DNA from: Camelus dromedarius | Lineage: Eukaryota | DNA: 64,000 bases | Direction: 5' to 3' | Assembly: GCF_036321535.1 (NCBI RefSeq) | Contig: NC_087436.1 | Location: forward strand, 120,654,001-120,718,000 | Part shown: positions 1 through 12,125 of the stretch, in pieces | Numbering within the stretch: the stretch's first letter is position 1 | Layout: each line of letters begins with the position of its first letter | Translations under genes and position numbers: made by a program | The notes under the pieces: generated by a model | Databases searched by the model: none | What the model saw: the letters and a program-made list of their open reading frames with translations, nothing else | What the model was told of the DNA's origin: nothing

Positions 1-600
1 CATCAGTGGACATTTGCTCCTCTTGTGATTCGAATGAATATCCTTCTCGTCACCTTGATTGTGAACAACACACAGTCACAGAGGCAGAGCCATCTTGGGG
101 CGAGCGACAGAGGGAAGTGTTGATCTGACAGCAGCATGGTGGTGCGATGGGGCACCTCACTCTCAGCACCAGCTCTTGGGCTCTGGGAGAGCAGGAGACC
201 CTTGCAGGATGGTGCCCCTTGTAGGATGATGCCCCTCTGAAGGACAGTCCCCCTTTTACAGGGCGAGACCCCTCTTGCAGTTTGGAGCCCTTGGGAGTGA
301 GAGGGGAGAGTCCATTGCGTCTGGAATGTGACTTGGTAAAGGCCCTCGCCTTCATGCTTGTCTGGGGCCGAACGACCAGGTATGGCAAGGAATCCCCAGC
401 CCTGACCAGCCTCCAGACGGGACAGAAGGTAAGATTCCCGGGGTGCTTGTGCCTTCTGGGGCCTCGGGCAAGCAAGACGCCCCAACCTGGAGAGGAGGAG
501 GCCACTATGACTCTGCGGCGTGTGAGCCCCGGGCCTCAGGGAGCCCTGGCGACCAAGCCCTGCCCCCGGCCAGCCTTCTCTCCCCACCTTGCCCCTTAGC

Positions 601-1047
601 TGGTGTCAGGGTGAATGGTCACTGTCCTGCTGCCTGAAACCTGGCACCTTGTATGGAAAACGGGACTTTGAGATGTAGCTGAGGACCTTGAGATTTGGAG
701 ATGATTCTAGATTGTCCAGGTGACCCTAAGTGTAACCACAAGGGTCCTTATAAGGGGGAGGCAGAGGGAGACTTGCCTGCACATGGGGGACATCTGACGA
801 TGGAAACAGAGGTCGGAGGGGTGCAGCCAGGAGCCAAGGAGTGCCAGCCGCCTCTAGACGCTGGAAGAGACGAGGAACGTTCCTTCCCCAGAGCCTCTGG
901 GGGAATCTGCTCTGCTGACGCTTTGGATTTAGGCCTGTAAGACCCATTTCAGACATCTAACCTCCAGAACTGCAGTAAGCAGTCTGTGTTGTTTTAAGCC
1001 AATAAGTTTGTGGTAGTTTGTTACAGCAGCCAGAGGGAATTAACACA
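601..1047 (+). mobile_element. MaLR solo LTR, MLT1D-like
   Basis: Typical MLT1 blocks: GGACCTTGAGAT..GAGATGATTCTAGATTGTCCAGG, CACAAGGGTCCTTATAAG, GAGCCAAGGA, CCTCCAGAACTG, TTTTAAGCCAATAAGTTTGTGGTAGTTTGTTACAGCAGCCAGAGGGAATTAACACA. Confidence 0.9.
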
Positions 1048-3294
1048 AAACACAACGTATTTTTCCGCCATTCCTCATGTGGTTTCTTGTTCCTAGGGCA
1101 GGCTTCCTCTGATGAACTCTTACACATCTCCCAAAGCCCCACTCAAATATCACCTCCTCGGCCAGGCTTTCTGTGTGGGACTGCGGCTGTTTCCTCGACG
1201 AGCACACCTCGTGCGGATCGTGTTTCGTGGTGCTGTGGCCGGCTTTGTAAACGAGTGGCGGCCTCTGCATGCACATCCACGCCCAGGAGAAGAAGGGCGA
1301 GAAAGCTGGTACTCGCGTCTTCCAGCCTCCCTGGAACAGGCCTGCTGCTCAGTGAACGGTGTGAGTGTTGAACGGACCCAGGCTGAAGTGATGGATCAAA
1401 AGCACACGCCCCTCCAAGCGGAGGCTCCCTGAGCGGGCCTGCTCTTGGTAATAAACGTTTACAAGGGACAGATTTATGGGGACTTGGGGAAGATTTATCA
1501 ATGAGCCGATGGTCGGCGCAGACCAGAGTCCTCCATGGAGCACCGTGCGGGAAATGCAGCGGCGCTCTGCGGGGTCAGGGGAAGGTCTGACGGGGGCAGT
1601 TTGGGGGACAGGACCAGAGGGAGGTGGCAGGTGGGAGGGCCAGCGGGCAGAGGCTGATGCAGACCCACAGGGCGCAGGGCTCCTGGCCCTTTGCTGGCGT
1701 GATGCAGACCCAGACCTGGTTCCAAGCTCTACACAGGGTGGGTCTGGAGGGTTCCCGGGATCCTGTGGGCTTTGCCGAGGGTGCTTCTAATGTGACAAGT
1801 CCCACCTGCAGAGGCTGGGATGGCCGCCCCAGATGTCCACGTGGGGCAGGGCGGGTTCTGCTGCCCGGGGTGTCCGTGGGGGGAGGGTGGGCTCTATATG
1901 TGCTGCCCTGACATGATTCTGCCCCGATCCAGGCTTCAAAGTGGAGATGCTTCAGAGTCAGAGACAAATGCCTCCTCAGCCCCGCACGGCACCCACTCTG
2001 CGCGCACACGGAAGCCACGGCGGCTGCGGCAGGCAAGGCTGCCCGGGCGAAAGCCCTGTGCATTCACGCTGGAGTCGCACCCTCGCCGGTGGGGGCCCCG
2101 CTCACACTCCGGACGCAGCCTGGCGGCGTGGGGTCCCTGGGCAGGAGCGGGGGCTGGATGAGCCCAGGATGAGGGAATCCAGGCCCAGCGAGCCCCAGGA
2201 TCCGCCCAGGGCCCCCCGAGGGTCAGCCACAGCGGCGGACTGTCTGCCCCAGAGGGCTCCCACTGCCTCGCTCGGGAGGATGGATGCTTCACGGACCTAA
2301 ATCACCTGACCGCGTCCGCGGGCCTTCCTGAGCACCGCTCCCTCCCGCCTGCTTCAGGGGAAACCAGAGAGCGTCATAGATTTTTTTTACCCTGAGGTTT
2401 TCTAAATCAGGAGACCCGGCCAGAGGGCCCCTGGGGGGTTGGGGGGTGAGCAAAGAACGGTTTTATTACAGCAGTTTACAGTGAAAAGGGTCTCAAGACT
2501 CTTACTGCCTACCTGGTGGGAGCATCTTAGCAGAGACTGGGAGTCAGAATCCTGCTCCTGAGGCCACCTGAGACCTGAAGGTGTATGTTCTGGTGTCTGG
2601 AGGGGGGGCATGCAGAATGGGGGTGCTCAGTAAACCCCAGAACCCCAGCCTTGCCTCTCACAGCACAGGTGGGAGGTCACCCATTAGCCCCACATGCCAT
2701 CTCGGGAAATGTGGTGCAGCCGTGTGTTCCCGTGGGTCATCCCACGTGGCCGCCAAGGTTGGCATTAACGCTTCCAAACCCCAGTGTCTCCCTGGCCCCA
2801 GGATCTGAAGTCCCGCCCTGCCTCAGGCATTGCTGGGGCTGTCGTGACATTAACGCTCTCTCTCCAGCCTCACCGCCCGGGGTCCCTCCCAAGCACTGGT
2901 TCGCACATCCTGGCCAGAACCATCTTCCCCAGACCAGCCGGCGTGCGGGCAGCCTTCCTGCCTCTCCCTGACCTCCCCCAGGTCCCACACTGTCCTCTCT
3001 CCTCCAGTGGGTCAGGACGGGTGGGCCAGGGAGGCCAGAACTCAAACCCCAGCTTCTCCATTTACCCACTGGCTAGATGGGCGGGGCAGACCCTGGACCA
3101 CTCCGGCCTTGCTCATTCGTTCACTCACATACACAAAGACGCACAGTCAGTCAGCAATCGTTTATTGCATGGCTGCATGCCGCAGACACTGTGCTCCACC
3201 TGGGCCTGTGAACAAGCCAGCATGACCCTGCCCTTGTGAGCCTGTTCAGGCCCATTTTCCTAGCTCCGCACCAAATAGAGCCTTTTCCCAAAGT

Positions 3295-3815
3295 AAGCAG
3301 ATAGAACTCACGTGTTATAAAATTCACCCATTTAAAAATGTGAGCAATTCAATGATTTTTAGTATATTCACAGAGTAATCCAGCCATCACCACAGGCAGT
3401 TTTAGGACACTTTAATCACCTCCCCAAGAAACCACACACCCCAGCTCCTGCCCCAGCCCTGGGCCGCCCCAGACCACTTCCTGCGTCTGTGAATTTGCCT
3501 GTTCAGCGCATGTCGTATACATGGAGTCATGCAATCCCTGGCCTTTGTGACTGGCTTCTTTGACTTGGCATCCTGTTTTCAGGACTCATCCACGTTGCAG
3601 CGTGTCTCAGAATTTCGTCCCTCTCGATGGCCAAATACTATTCCACTGTGTGGCTAAACCACATCCTTCACCCTCTGTTCATCCACTCATCTGTTGACGA
3701 GCACTTCCTGGCTATTACAAGCAACGTTGCTGTGAACAGTCACGCCCCGTACTTTGTACATGAATATGCCTGCAGTCCTCTGGGTGTATCCCTAGGTGTG
3801 GAATGGCTGGGAACA
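3295..3815 (-). mobile_element. Old LINE-1 3' end (L1MB-like)
   Basis: ATAAAATTCACCCATTTAAAA, TTTTAGTATATTCACAGAG, GACTGGCTTCTTTGACTTGGCAT, CATCCACTCATCTGTTGA and CCTAGGTGTGGAATGGCTGG match the antisense L1MB 3' region. Confidence 0.85.
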
Positions 3816-3834
3816 GGATTTGAGTAAATGTAGC

Positions 3835-4690
3835 TTCATAAAATGTTCTGGTATCTAGTGGGCAAGCCCCCGTCCCTGCGTTATTGTGGAATGTCTTGGC
3901 TCTTCTTGGCTGTTTGCTTTCCATAAACATTTAGGATCAGCTGATTTATTAAGACTCACACACAGAGAAATGTGGTTGGAACTGTGCTGAGTCTACAGGT
4001 TGATCCAGGGAGAACTGACGCCCTTTAATCCGCGAGGCTTTGTCTCCCTGAATATGGCATATTCCTCCATTTACCAGGTCTCCTCAATTATGGTCAGTGA
4101 TGCTAAGTAACTTTCTCCCTGGAGAGCTTTCTGTCCTTTTTTGGATTTATTGCTAGGTGTTCTATAATCACTGTTATTTTAAAATTAGATTTTCTAACTG
4201 CTGCTTAAAATTATGTATTTAAAAATAGACTGATTGAGTATTTAGAAACCTTGTCAATCTCTTATTAACTCTGATAACTTATCTATAGATTAATTTGGGT
4301 TTCTGGAGAGAACAACCATGGCATACGAAAATAGTGACCACTTGGCCCCTTTCCCCCGAATCGGCCTGCTCTTCCTTTCTGCCTCCTCGCCATGCCACCT
4401 GGGCCTCCTGGCCGTGCTGGCTTCAGGTGGAGACTCCTGCCTGATTCCCGATGTGCAGGAGAAAATTAATTTTTTAATTACATTCTTTTTAGTGGAGGTA
4501 CCGGGCATTGAACCCAGGACCTCGTGCATGCTAAGCACGTGCTCTACCCCTGAGCCGCACCCTCCCCTGAGCAGGGTGTTTAATAGCCCCTTTCAAGCAG
4601 GCTGTTTGCGCAGGTTTGGTAGGTGCTCAGTACTGGCTAAGGCCATCCTCCAGTCTTAGTTTGCCAAGCTGGTTTTTAAGTGCTGAAAGT
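3835..4690 (-). mobile_element. Very degraded L1M ORF2 fragment, interrupted by a SINE
   Basis: Antisense ORF2-like blocks (TTCCATAAACATTTAGGATCAGC, GGAGAACTGAC, TGAATATGGCATATTCCTCCATTTA, AAAATAGTGAC, CCTCCAGTCTTAGTTTGCCAAG). Confidence 0.6.
4466..4567 (-). mobile_element. tRNA-Ala-derived short SINE, Vic-1-like (camelid)
   Basis: Minus strand reads GGGGAGGGTGCGGCTCAGGGGTAGAGCACGTGCTTAGCATGCACGAGGTCCTGGGTTCAATGCCCGGTACCTCCA, with A box, AGC anticodon loop and B box, followed by an A-rich tail (4466-4492). Confidence 0.9.
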
Positions 4691-4719
4691 GTACTTAAAA
4701 CTCTTGATGCATAGAGTCT

Positions 4720-4860
4720 TATCTATCTCTCCACTACAACCTATGAAGTGGGTCCTACTCTATTTATACAGAGAGGGGGAGTAACTTGCCAAACGTCACA
4801 CAGCCGGATGTGGCAGCTGGACTCGGTCCAGGGCCCAAGGTCTCCATCACCACCCTGCTC
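4720..4860 (-). mobile_element. MIR SINE fragment
   Basis: CAACCTATGAAGTGGG..GTAACTTGCCAAACGTCACACAGC is the reverse complement of the MIR core GCTGTGTGAC..GGCAAGTTAC. Confidence 0.75.
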
Positions 4861-4934
4861 TGCCTTTCAACAGCAAAAATAAAACAGCTTAAAAACCTAA
4901 GGTAGTCTAAATAGCAACAAAATCCAAAATATGG

Positions 4935-5900
4935 TTCTTCAGCCCCAGGCCATTTCCGAGGAGAGTTGTAACACATCTTCAATCAGCAGACAGTCTCTAC
5001 CTTATTCAAACTTTCTGAGAAGAACAATTAAAGCGACTGCCTTTTTCGAGGAGACGGTGTACCTGACATCAGACCTGCCAACAGTCTGTACAAGAGAGAC
5101 AAATGCTGGCCACGTCTATGCACGCATTTGTAAAATCTTAAGTGAAGAATTAGCAAATTCATTCCAGCAGATTATAAAAAAAAAGTCTATCATGAAAAAG
5201 CAAGGTTTATCCTGGAAATATAAAGTGGTTTCTGCAAAAATTAGATCCGCACCTTCCATAAAGCTTCTAGACGGATCGGAAACCTTAATGCAAAAAACAA
5301 GGATGTTAGAAGAAAAGGCTCAAGATGAGCTCAGAGTCCCAGGGCAGGAAAATTCCGAGTCAAGAGACAGAGATGATCACCCGCAAGGAAAGAGGGGTCG
5401 GTTTGATCACATCAGTTTTAATGGGCTGTAGGATAAAAGACACAAAAATGAAGGTAAACACGGAGCAACAGACGAAAACGCCTGTGGTCTGTGCCGCACG
5501 GAAGGTTACCACCCGGGGTGTGTACATCGCGGCCCTGGCTCAGTGAGGAAGGGCAGGCGACCCATAGAAAATGGACAAAAGACACAAAGAGAAGGGGAAC
5601 GTGACTCTCCAATGAGCGGATAAACAGACAGACAGGTGTTCGGGTATCAGTTAGGTAGACGGCGGCGGCGAGCGAAGGAGCAGCCTCCAGCACTTCCCTC
5701 ATAGGGATGCTCCTCCTTGAGGCCGTGACACGTGCACTGGGGCGGGGCAGGAGGGGTGGGCCTTGCTGGTCATGGCCACAAACTCTGGAATAGCCGACAG
5801 CCCACCATGTGGGATGGATGAATAAAATGGGGGTGTATTCATATGCTGAAATATGACTGCAGTAAAAGCAAAGTCTTAACATTTTACATGCACTTTAAGA
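4935..5900 (+). mobile_element. Fragmented ancient L1 (L1ME-like), ORF2 pre-RT segment and 3' pieces
   Basis: 4940-5231 matches the degraded [26 protein letters not shown] region (the ORF track shows CKILSEELANSFQQIIKK). Later pieces include ATAGAAAATGGACAAAAGACA and GGATGAATAAAATGGGGGTGTATTCATA. Confidence 0.7.
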
Positions 5901-6579
5901 TACACAAGGCAAGACGACCCATTGTTTGCAAACGCCTGTCTCTGGGGACTGGACTGTGAGGCTGCAGCTGGAGAAACCACATTCCAAACAGTGGGGGAGC
6001 AGAATGGGCAGGAGACCCGCAAACTTCATCTTTGGCTTTTATTTCCCTTATTTCCATAAATCTAAATAAAAATGATGAGATGTGGACATTTGTGGATTCT
6101 GAGAGTTGGAAACATGGGTGGAATTTTTCTTCTATGTTTTTTTGTGTTTCTAAAATGTTTCGAAAGAGACACAGAGGACAAAGGACGTGCAGGACCAGAG
6201 CAGAGGTGGGGAGAGGGGAAGGGTCTTCCCTCGCCCTCCTGCAGGCATGACTCACCCAGGCTGCCCGCCGGCGGCTCCGCGCGGTTCCTGGGTATTGATC
6301 GGAGACTCACTCTCTGGCCACAAGCTCCCCTGGTGTTGTCTGCAGCAGGAACTGGGATCACAAGGACGGCCACACCTGGTGTAAGCCGGGCAGCGTGTGC
6401 AGAGAACAGGCTGGAAGAGGGTCGGGCCCGGAGCTGGAGTGCCTGCTCTCAGACTTGCTGGGCGGCCTTGAGCAGGTCACACCTTCCTCCCCAACATGTT
6501 GAAGCAGGGGTCCTGGCTGACCTCTAAGTCCGACTCTGAGCCCCCTGGGTGTCCGCATCACCACATCACTGCATGCATC

Positions 6580-6740
6580 GTTCCCTGAGAAGCCGAGGAG
6601 AACCTGCTGAGAAGGGAGCATATGCATGGGGTCTTGAGGGATGAGTAGGAGTTTACTAACTTGAGGCAAGAAGGGCCCTGCTATCTCAGGGAATAGCATA
6701 GATGAAGGTGCAGAGGCATGAAAGGCCTGGCAAGCCCAGG
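6580..6740 (-). mobile_element. L2 LINE fragment
   Basis: GATGAGTAGGAGTTT..GGGAATAGCATAGATGAAGGTGCAGAGGCATGAAAG matches antisense L2 3' region. Confidence 0.65.
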
Positions 6741-6914
6741 AGCTGAGTCGGTTTCACCCTTCTTTGACGTGCCCATCACCACCTACCCCCGACTCTAGCA
6801 CTGGGACCCCCAGAGGGCACAGGCTCGCACCTGCCAGGAGACCGGCCCTGAAGAGGTGGAGAGCCGTTTTGGAGGGTGCCGCCTCTTCCAGACCCCACGT
6901 GGGCTTCCCTCTGG

Positions 6915-7190
6915 CTTCCGACATGAAAAAATAAAGAAGTAATCCACTTAACTGAGATATACAGCTGCTGCCCATGGTGGCACAGCACACGCTGCCTTTC
7001 CCCTCCATTACCGTCCTGGACCAAATCAATATCAAAACAACCGAAGTCTAGACGCATAAATGTCAAACTATTTAACAAGAAGCAGTTAGCGCAGGAAAAA
7101 AACACTTAAATGGCAATTGAGGGGTCTGATGGGCCTTACAGTAGCTTACGAAGATTTATGGGAGAGAAAGACAGTTTAACTGAGCCTGGA
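6915..7190. promoter_or_regulatory. Candidate enhancer / conserved non-coding block
   Basis: Repeat-free AT-richer island. CACTTAA (NKX-type) at 6945 and 7103, AAATCAAT, GCATAAA, AGATTTATGG (7152-7161). Motif-based only. Confidence 0.4.
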
Positions 7191-7729
7191 GCCCAGCCCC
7201 TCCGCTCCGCACGGAGGCCGGGGCTCCGTCTTGCCTGTCGGGCTGCCGAGCGGGGCTGCCTCGTCTGAGGGCGGGGAGCCCTTCTTCCCCTAGTTCAAGT
7301 CCGCCCAGCGTCAGGTTGTGTTCATGTTAATAATGACACAACGTGACCTCCCTAACATGATGCGGCAGCCCTGTAACCGCGGCCTGCTTTCCAGGTACCC
7401 AGGTTCCCACCAGTCACCTGTCTAAATACAGCAACAGCGACAGCCGGTCGTGTGACCGGCATATTCTAGGCACACGCATTGCTGCCTGTGATCACAGCCA
7501 CCGGCGAGGGGGGGACGTTGGCCTTTGGGAGCAAGGGGAGGATGTGGAGGTGGGGCTTCGCTCACGGTCCCTGCTGGGTGTGTGCCTGATCCCCTCTCCC
7601 CTGGAGCCTTTGTGCGGCCCGCCCCCGCCATGCTGCCACACTCACACAAAGCCCACTGCTGGCTTGGAGTGGGTGGTCTGCACGGGTCCCCAGGGAAGAG
7701 GGAGATGACCTCCCGTGAGGCCCCATCTC

Positions 7730-8060
7730 AAGTGCCCTTCAACTGCCCATTTGCTGGTTAGTGGAATCGATGGCGGCTTCTTAATTGTTGGTAGTGACTT
7801 CAGGCCCATCCAATCATGGCCGCACTTAACGAGGGTCCGTAAATCACTTTAAGTACTCGGAGGGCCAACAAGAATATGATTGGAGAATGACTCAGACAGC
7901 CGTAGACTGCACCACACACCCACCTCACTCCCCTGGCAGCTCCTATGGGCAGATCAATGCCTTCAGACAGAGAGACCTCACCATAGGCAACAGACATCGT
8001 TTCCAGGGTGTATCAGTAAATTTCACGGTTATGACCCAGAGTCTTTGTCCAATGAGCCAC
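7730..8060. promoter_or_regulatory. Candidate enhancer block
   Basis: CCAATCA 7810, CACTTAA 7823, CGTAAATCA (PBX-HOX type) 7838-7846, TGATTGG 7877, AP-1 TGACTCA 7888-7894, in unique sequence. Confidence 0.4.
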
Positions 8061-9009
8061 GGCAGAGGTTGGCAGTTCAGATAAGACCCTCCTACTGCGA
8101 CCACCGTGCTGATTCTCAAGGCGGGCATAACCCTGATCCACTTCTCATGGCTTCTGTCACCTCCGACTGCAGTGGAAGCAGCAGCCTGGGTGCGCCTTGG
8201 CCACCCTTGTGACTTTGCAGGCTCTGCCTGTCCCTTCCCTGGATGAGGGGCCCTCAGGGGTGGGCACAGCGCCAGTCCCAGTGCCCAGTAGACAGTATAT
8301 ACTCAGTGATGCTTTCTGTTTAGTGAGTAAGTGGCTTTTTCTTTTTTTTGGAAATAAAGGACCCCCCCCCACCTCTGGCAATGTAACAATCTAGACATCT
8401 GGAGACATCGTCCAGGTTCAAAACAATGCTGGATGCAATAAATATGCACTACATACACATCTTGTACGTTTCACATAACACCTTTTGAGATGCATATTTG
8501 AGCTAGCGAAAAAGTAAGGGGACCCCTCACTGGCTAGAAACGATGAGAGCCGTGAACTCAGGACTGTGAGCCCGCACAAGGGCGAGGCTTGTCTGAGAGA
8601 CCTCTGTGCATCTCAGGTGTCTTAGAGACAAGCTTCCAAGGGCCCCCATGGGACTGGGGGATGAGGAGCAGACCCAGGGCCCAAACAGGGTTGCAAGTTG
8701 GAACAGAGACCCCTTCTTAAGCCAGCACTTCTGAAATGGGCAAGAAAGACACAACCTCACAGAGGGAGATGGTGAGTTCTGAGTCGAACAGAGAAAACTC
8801 CCTGAGACCTCCTCCCCACCTGAAGTCTGAAGTCACACTGCTGTGCGTCCCCTCTGCCGAAAAAAGGAAGGTGGGAGTGAGGCTTAAAGTGGTCCTAGGA
8901 TCCCCGAGACTCCAGGTGTCAGGCGGGGAAAGCACAAATCTGCCCACAGGCTGCATCCACCCCAGGCCTTGGACATTTTCTGCACGGTACGTTACAAGTG
9001 GTATAAAAT

Positions 9010-9245
9010 AACAGCTCGAGATTTGCAGGTACTAACTACTATCTATAAAATAGATACAAAGCAAGTTTGTTCCTTACAGCACAGGGAACGACACTCAGCA
9101 TCTTGTGTAACCTATAACGAGAAAGAACATGAGAACGAGCATATGCATGTGTGGTCTGACCGAAACATGATGCTGTGCACAGAAATTGACACAACACTGT
9201 AAACTGACTATACTTCAATAATAAAAAATTTTTTAATAACAATGA
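9010..9245 (+). mobile_element. Cetartiodactyl/camelid L1 3' end (5'-truncated)
   Basis: GAGATTTGCAGGTACTAACTACTATCTATAAAATAGAT..AGCACAGGGAAC..GAAATTGACACAACACTGTAAACTGACTATACTTCAATAATAAAAAA followed by an A-rich tail. Confidence 0.85.
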
Positions 9246-9458
9246 GAAAATAATACCTGAGGAAAAGTCACAACATTTAAAATTTGCAGAATTAGATGCA
9301 CAGAGTCTGCAACGGGGGAACCATCAAAGAATACGTTTTCTATATTTAAAGAATGAGAAGTCGGTGTTGAAAGTTTGACCAAGGAGAAGAGGCCATCGAG
9401 GGTGCGGAAAGGCTGCCGCGACGACAGCAGGGTGGTGCTGGTGCGCGAACAGACAGCA

Positions 9459-9920
9459 CGGGCGTCCCTCGGAGACGCCACAGCTCCAGCCCAGCCCCCA
9501 CGGCCGAACACCACGTTTGGCTTCCCAGCGCACGTAGGAGGTATGTTTACACTATGATGTGGTCTATGAAGTCTGCAATAGCATTACGTCTGGAAAAATA
9601 ATGCACGTACCTTGTTTTAAAAATACTTTATTGCTAAAACATGCTGTCACCTGAGCCTTCAACAAGTCATCTTTTTGCAATCGCAGCAGCAAAGTTCATT
9701 GATCACAGATCACCACAACAGACAGAGTAATAATGGAGAAGCTTGAAACATTGTGACAATTTCCCAAATGTGACCAAGAGACATGAAGTGAGCAAATGCT
9801 GTTGGAGAAATGGCGCTGGCAGACGCATTCAGGGCAGGGTGGCCGCAATCCTTCAATTTGCCAAAAATGCAGCATCTGCAAAGCGCAACAAAGCACGCAC
9901 AGTGAAACAAGGTGTGGCTG
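9459..9920 (-). mobile_element. Internally deleted Tigger1 (TcMar) DNA transposon, MITE-sized (Tigger1a-like)
   Basis: Both ends are present as degraded TIRs (CGGGCGTCCCTCG.. and ..CAAGGTGTGGCTG, versus CAGGCATACCTCG). Tigger1 blocks AAAATACTTTATTGCTAAAA, TGATCACAGATCACCA and GTGAGCAAATGCTGTTGGAGAAATGGCGC are joined near 9678 with no transposase. Confidence 0.88.
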
Positions 9921-10084
9921 CAGATAACTACGCGGAGCACTGAGACACAGACCCGGGGCACGAAGAAAACTTGACTTCCATCTCTGTGCTGGTGGGATAC
10001 AGCTTTGTGAAGCAGTTGAAGATGCACTTAGCCTGTGTCCTGGCAACTCCACTGTTCTGTAGATATGTTGTCCGAATCAATCAG

Positions 10085-10215
10085 AAGGAGCTAGAAATGC
10101 AGATTCTCAGCCCTGCCCCAGCCCTGCTGCATCAGAAACTGTGGAGGTGGGGCCCGGCAGTCTGTTTGAACAAGCCGCCTGGGGTCATCCTGCTGCACAC
10201 TAAGTTTAGCGCAGA
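10085..10215. mobile_element. MER5A (hAT-Charlie) fragment
   Basis: AGAAATGCAGATTCTCAGCCCTGCCCCAGCCCTGCTGCATCAGAAACTGTGGAGGTGGGGCCC..AACAAGC..TGCACACTAAGTTT. Confidence 0.8.
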
Positions 10216-10404
10216 CCTTAGAGAAACCCCAGCCCCTGCTCATCAGAGACACGTGGGGCCAGAGAAGCCGTGGGGAGCAGAGCTGCTGAGTGCTGGGCAC
10301 GGGCTGATCTGGGCAGGGGAGAGCACACTCTCCTCACTTCTGCCTACCTCCCTGCTGCTGCTTCTCAGACAGCTTTGCCAGCTGCTCCTCCTCTATGCAA
10401 TCTG

Positions 10405-11440
10405 CTGACGTTGGAGCGCCCGACGTCTACCTTGTAGGTGCTGGGGATTCATCCCTGGAAAACAACACAAACAAAAATCTCTGCTCACCACAGAGCTTAC
10501 AGTATAGTGGAGAGAACAACTCCTGTAGCATAACAGAAGTATTTACAGCTCAGAGGAGCGGAGCTGGGGGTTCTCATTTTAAACACCATGGCCAGAGCAT
10601 GCCTCACTGAGAAGGGATGTTTGAGCATGAACTTGAAGGGGTACACTCAGCAGCTGTTTGGAGAGGAGTGTTCTGAATGGAGATGGCAGACAGTGCAAAG
10701 GCCCTGGGGTGAGCTGTGCCTGGCTGCTCCTGGAACAGCGAGAATGTCTGAGTGGCTGGTTCAGAGTAGGTGACAGGGACCAGATGGGGATAACTTTTTA
10801 AGCTTTGGCTTTTACTCTGAGTGAGATGAGGGGTCAGTGGAGGGATTTTGGAGCAGAGAAAAGAAATGAGGTGAAAAAAAAAAGTCATGCTGGCTGCTGT
10901 TTCAAGTACAGTCTCTAGGGGGCAGTAATAAAGCAGGGAGACCAGTGAGGAGACTGGAACCACTGGGCTGAGATGACCAGGGCTTAGTCAGGGAGGAACG
11001 GGGCAGGGGGTCCCCGATTCTGGGTATGTTTTGAAGGCTGAGCCAGCAGGACATACTGGTAGCTTGGATGTGGGATGGGAGCACAGTGCAGACTTCCAGG
11101 GTGACCTGGGGTTCATGTCCCCTCTTAACTGTGAGGCTGCGGGTTTAACAGGAAAGGGCCAGGAGCTCACTTCTGAGTAGGCTGGCAGTGTCTATTGCCA
11201 CCAGGGGAGAGGCCCGGGGGCAGCTGGACTCGTGGGTCGGAGTTCAGGGCCAGGCTGGGGATGTGAACGTGGGGCCTTGGCTGTAGTTGGATGAGTCCAC
11301 CTGGAAAGCTCATGACCAGAGCCAAGGGCGGGGCACTTGGCCTCCAGAGCTAGGAGGTCGTGGAGAGATGGTGGAGCCAGCAGGAGACGAGGCTGGAGGA
11401 AGATAAGAGCCCTGGAGAGCATGTAAGGAAGGTGTTTCCT
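10405..11440 (-). mobile_element. L2 LINE 3' region (~1 kb)
   Basis: GGTGCTGGGGAT, CAGAGCTTACAGTATAGTGG, CAGTGCAAAGGCCCTGGGG, GCTTTTACTCTGAGTGAGATG, GCAGGGAGACCAGTGAGGAG, ATGTTTTGAAGGCTGAGCCAGCAGGA. Confidence 0.85.
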
Positions 11441-11974
11441 AGAGGACAGGTCACATGGACATCTGTGCCACGAGTGGCCAGTCACATGGGCACAAAGGCG
11501 GCTACTGGGCTGCAACTCGGAGGCCCATGGGGGCCTTGTCTGGGGCAGCTGGGGAGTGGCTGGTGGGGCCAGCTGCAGGAGGAGATGAGAGGGTTGACTC
11601 CGGCACCTCTCCTGATGCAGCTGCTGGAAAGAGGAGTGGAAACGGGCAGGAGCCAGGGGCTGCAGGTGTGGGGAGAGAGCAGCTCCGCTGCATCCCATGG
11701 GAGACTCAGCGTGACCCGGGGGACTTTCCCTGGGGGTACCTGGGACACCCTGATGGCCAGGCATCTTGGCACGTCTGTACTGCTGACCTACTGCAAGACA
11801 TAGGACAGTTCTGCAGCCTTGCAGCCATAGTCACCCTCCCAAAAGGCACAGCCCCTCCAGGCAGCCCCACCCCCACCCTCCAGGGTATGCCCAGTGCTCT
11901 GAGGGCAGAGAGCAGTGACCGAGGGGGCCCGGGGCTGCAAGTCCATGCCTCCTGGCCTCTCCCTCACTCTCTGC

Positions 11975-12125
11975 CCACTGGTCACACCGGCCTGAGTCCT
12001 CCAACTCATCGCACTCTCTCTTGCCTCCTGGCCTTCACACTTGCTGTTCCTTCTGCCTGGGTTGCCCTTCCCGCTGCACTCCACCCAGCTCTTTCCTCCT
12101 CGTCTGTCAGATCCCTGCTAGCTCA
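11975..12125 (+). mobile_element. L2 fragment
   Basis: GGCCTTCACACTTGCTGTTCCTTCTGCCTGG is an L2 hallmark. Confidence 0.7.

Noticed and set aside
4493..4567. Functional tRNA-Ala gene
   Set aside because: Acceptor and T stems are imperfect, an A-rich tail follows instead of a T-run terminator, and it is inserted in an L1. It is a SINE.
8765..8780. Isolated GTGAGT/GTAAG donors (also ~429, 14808, 26681, 47850, 61271)
   Set aside because: No convincing paired acceptor or coding frame. Isolated donors are common by chance.
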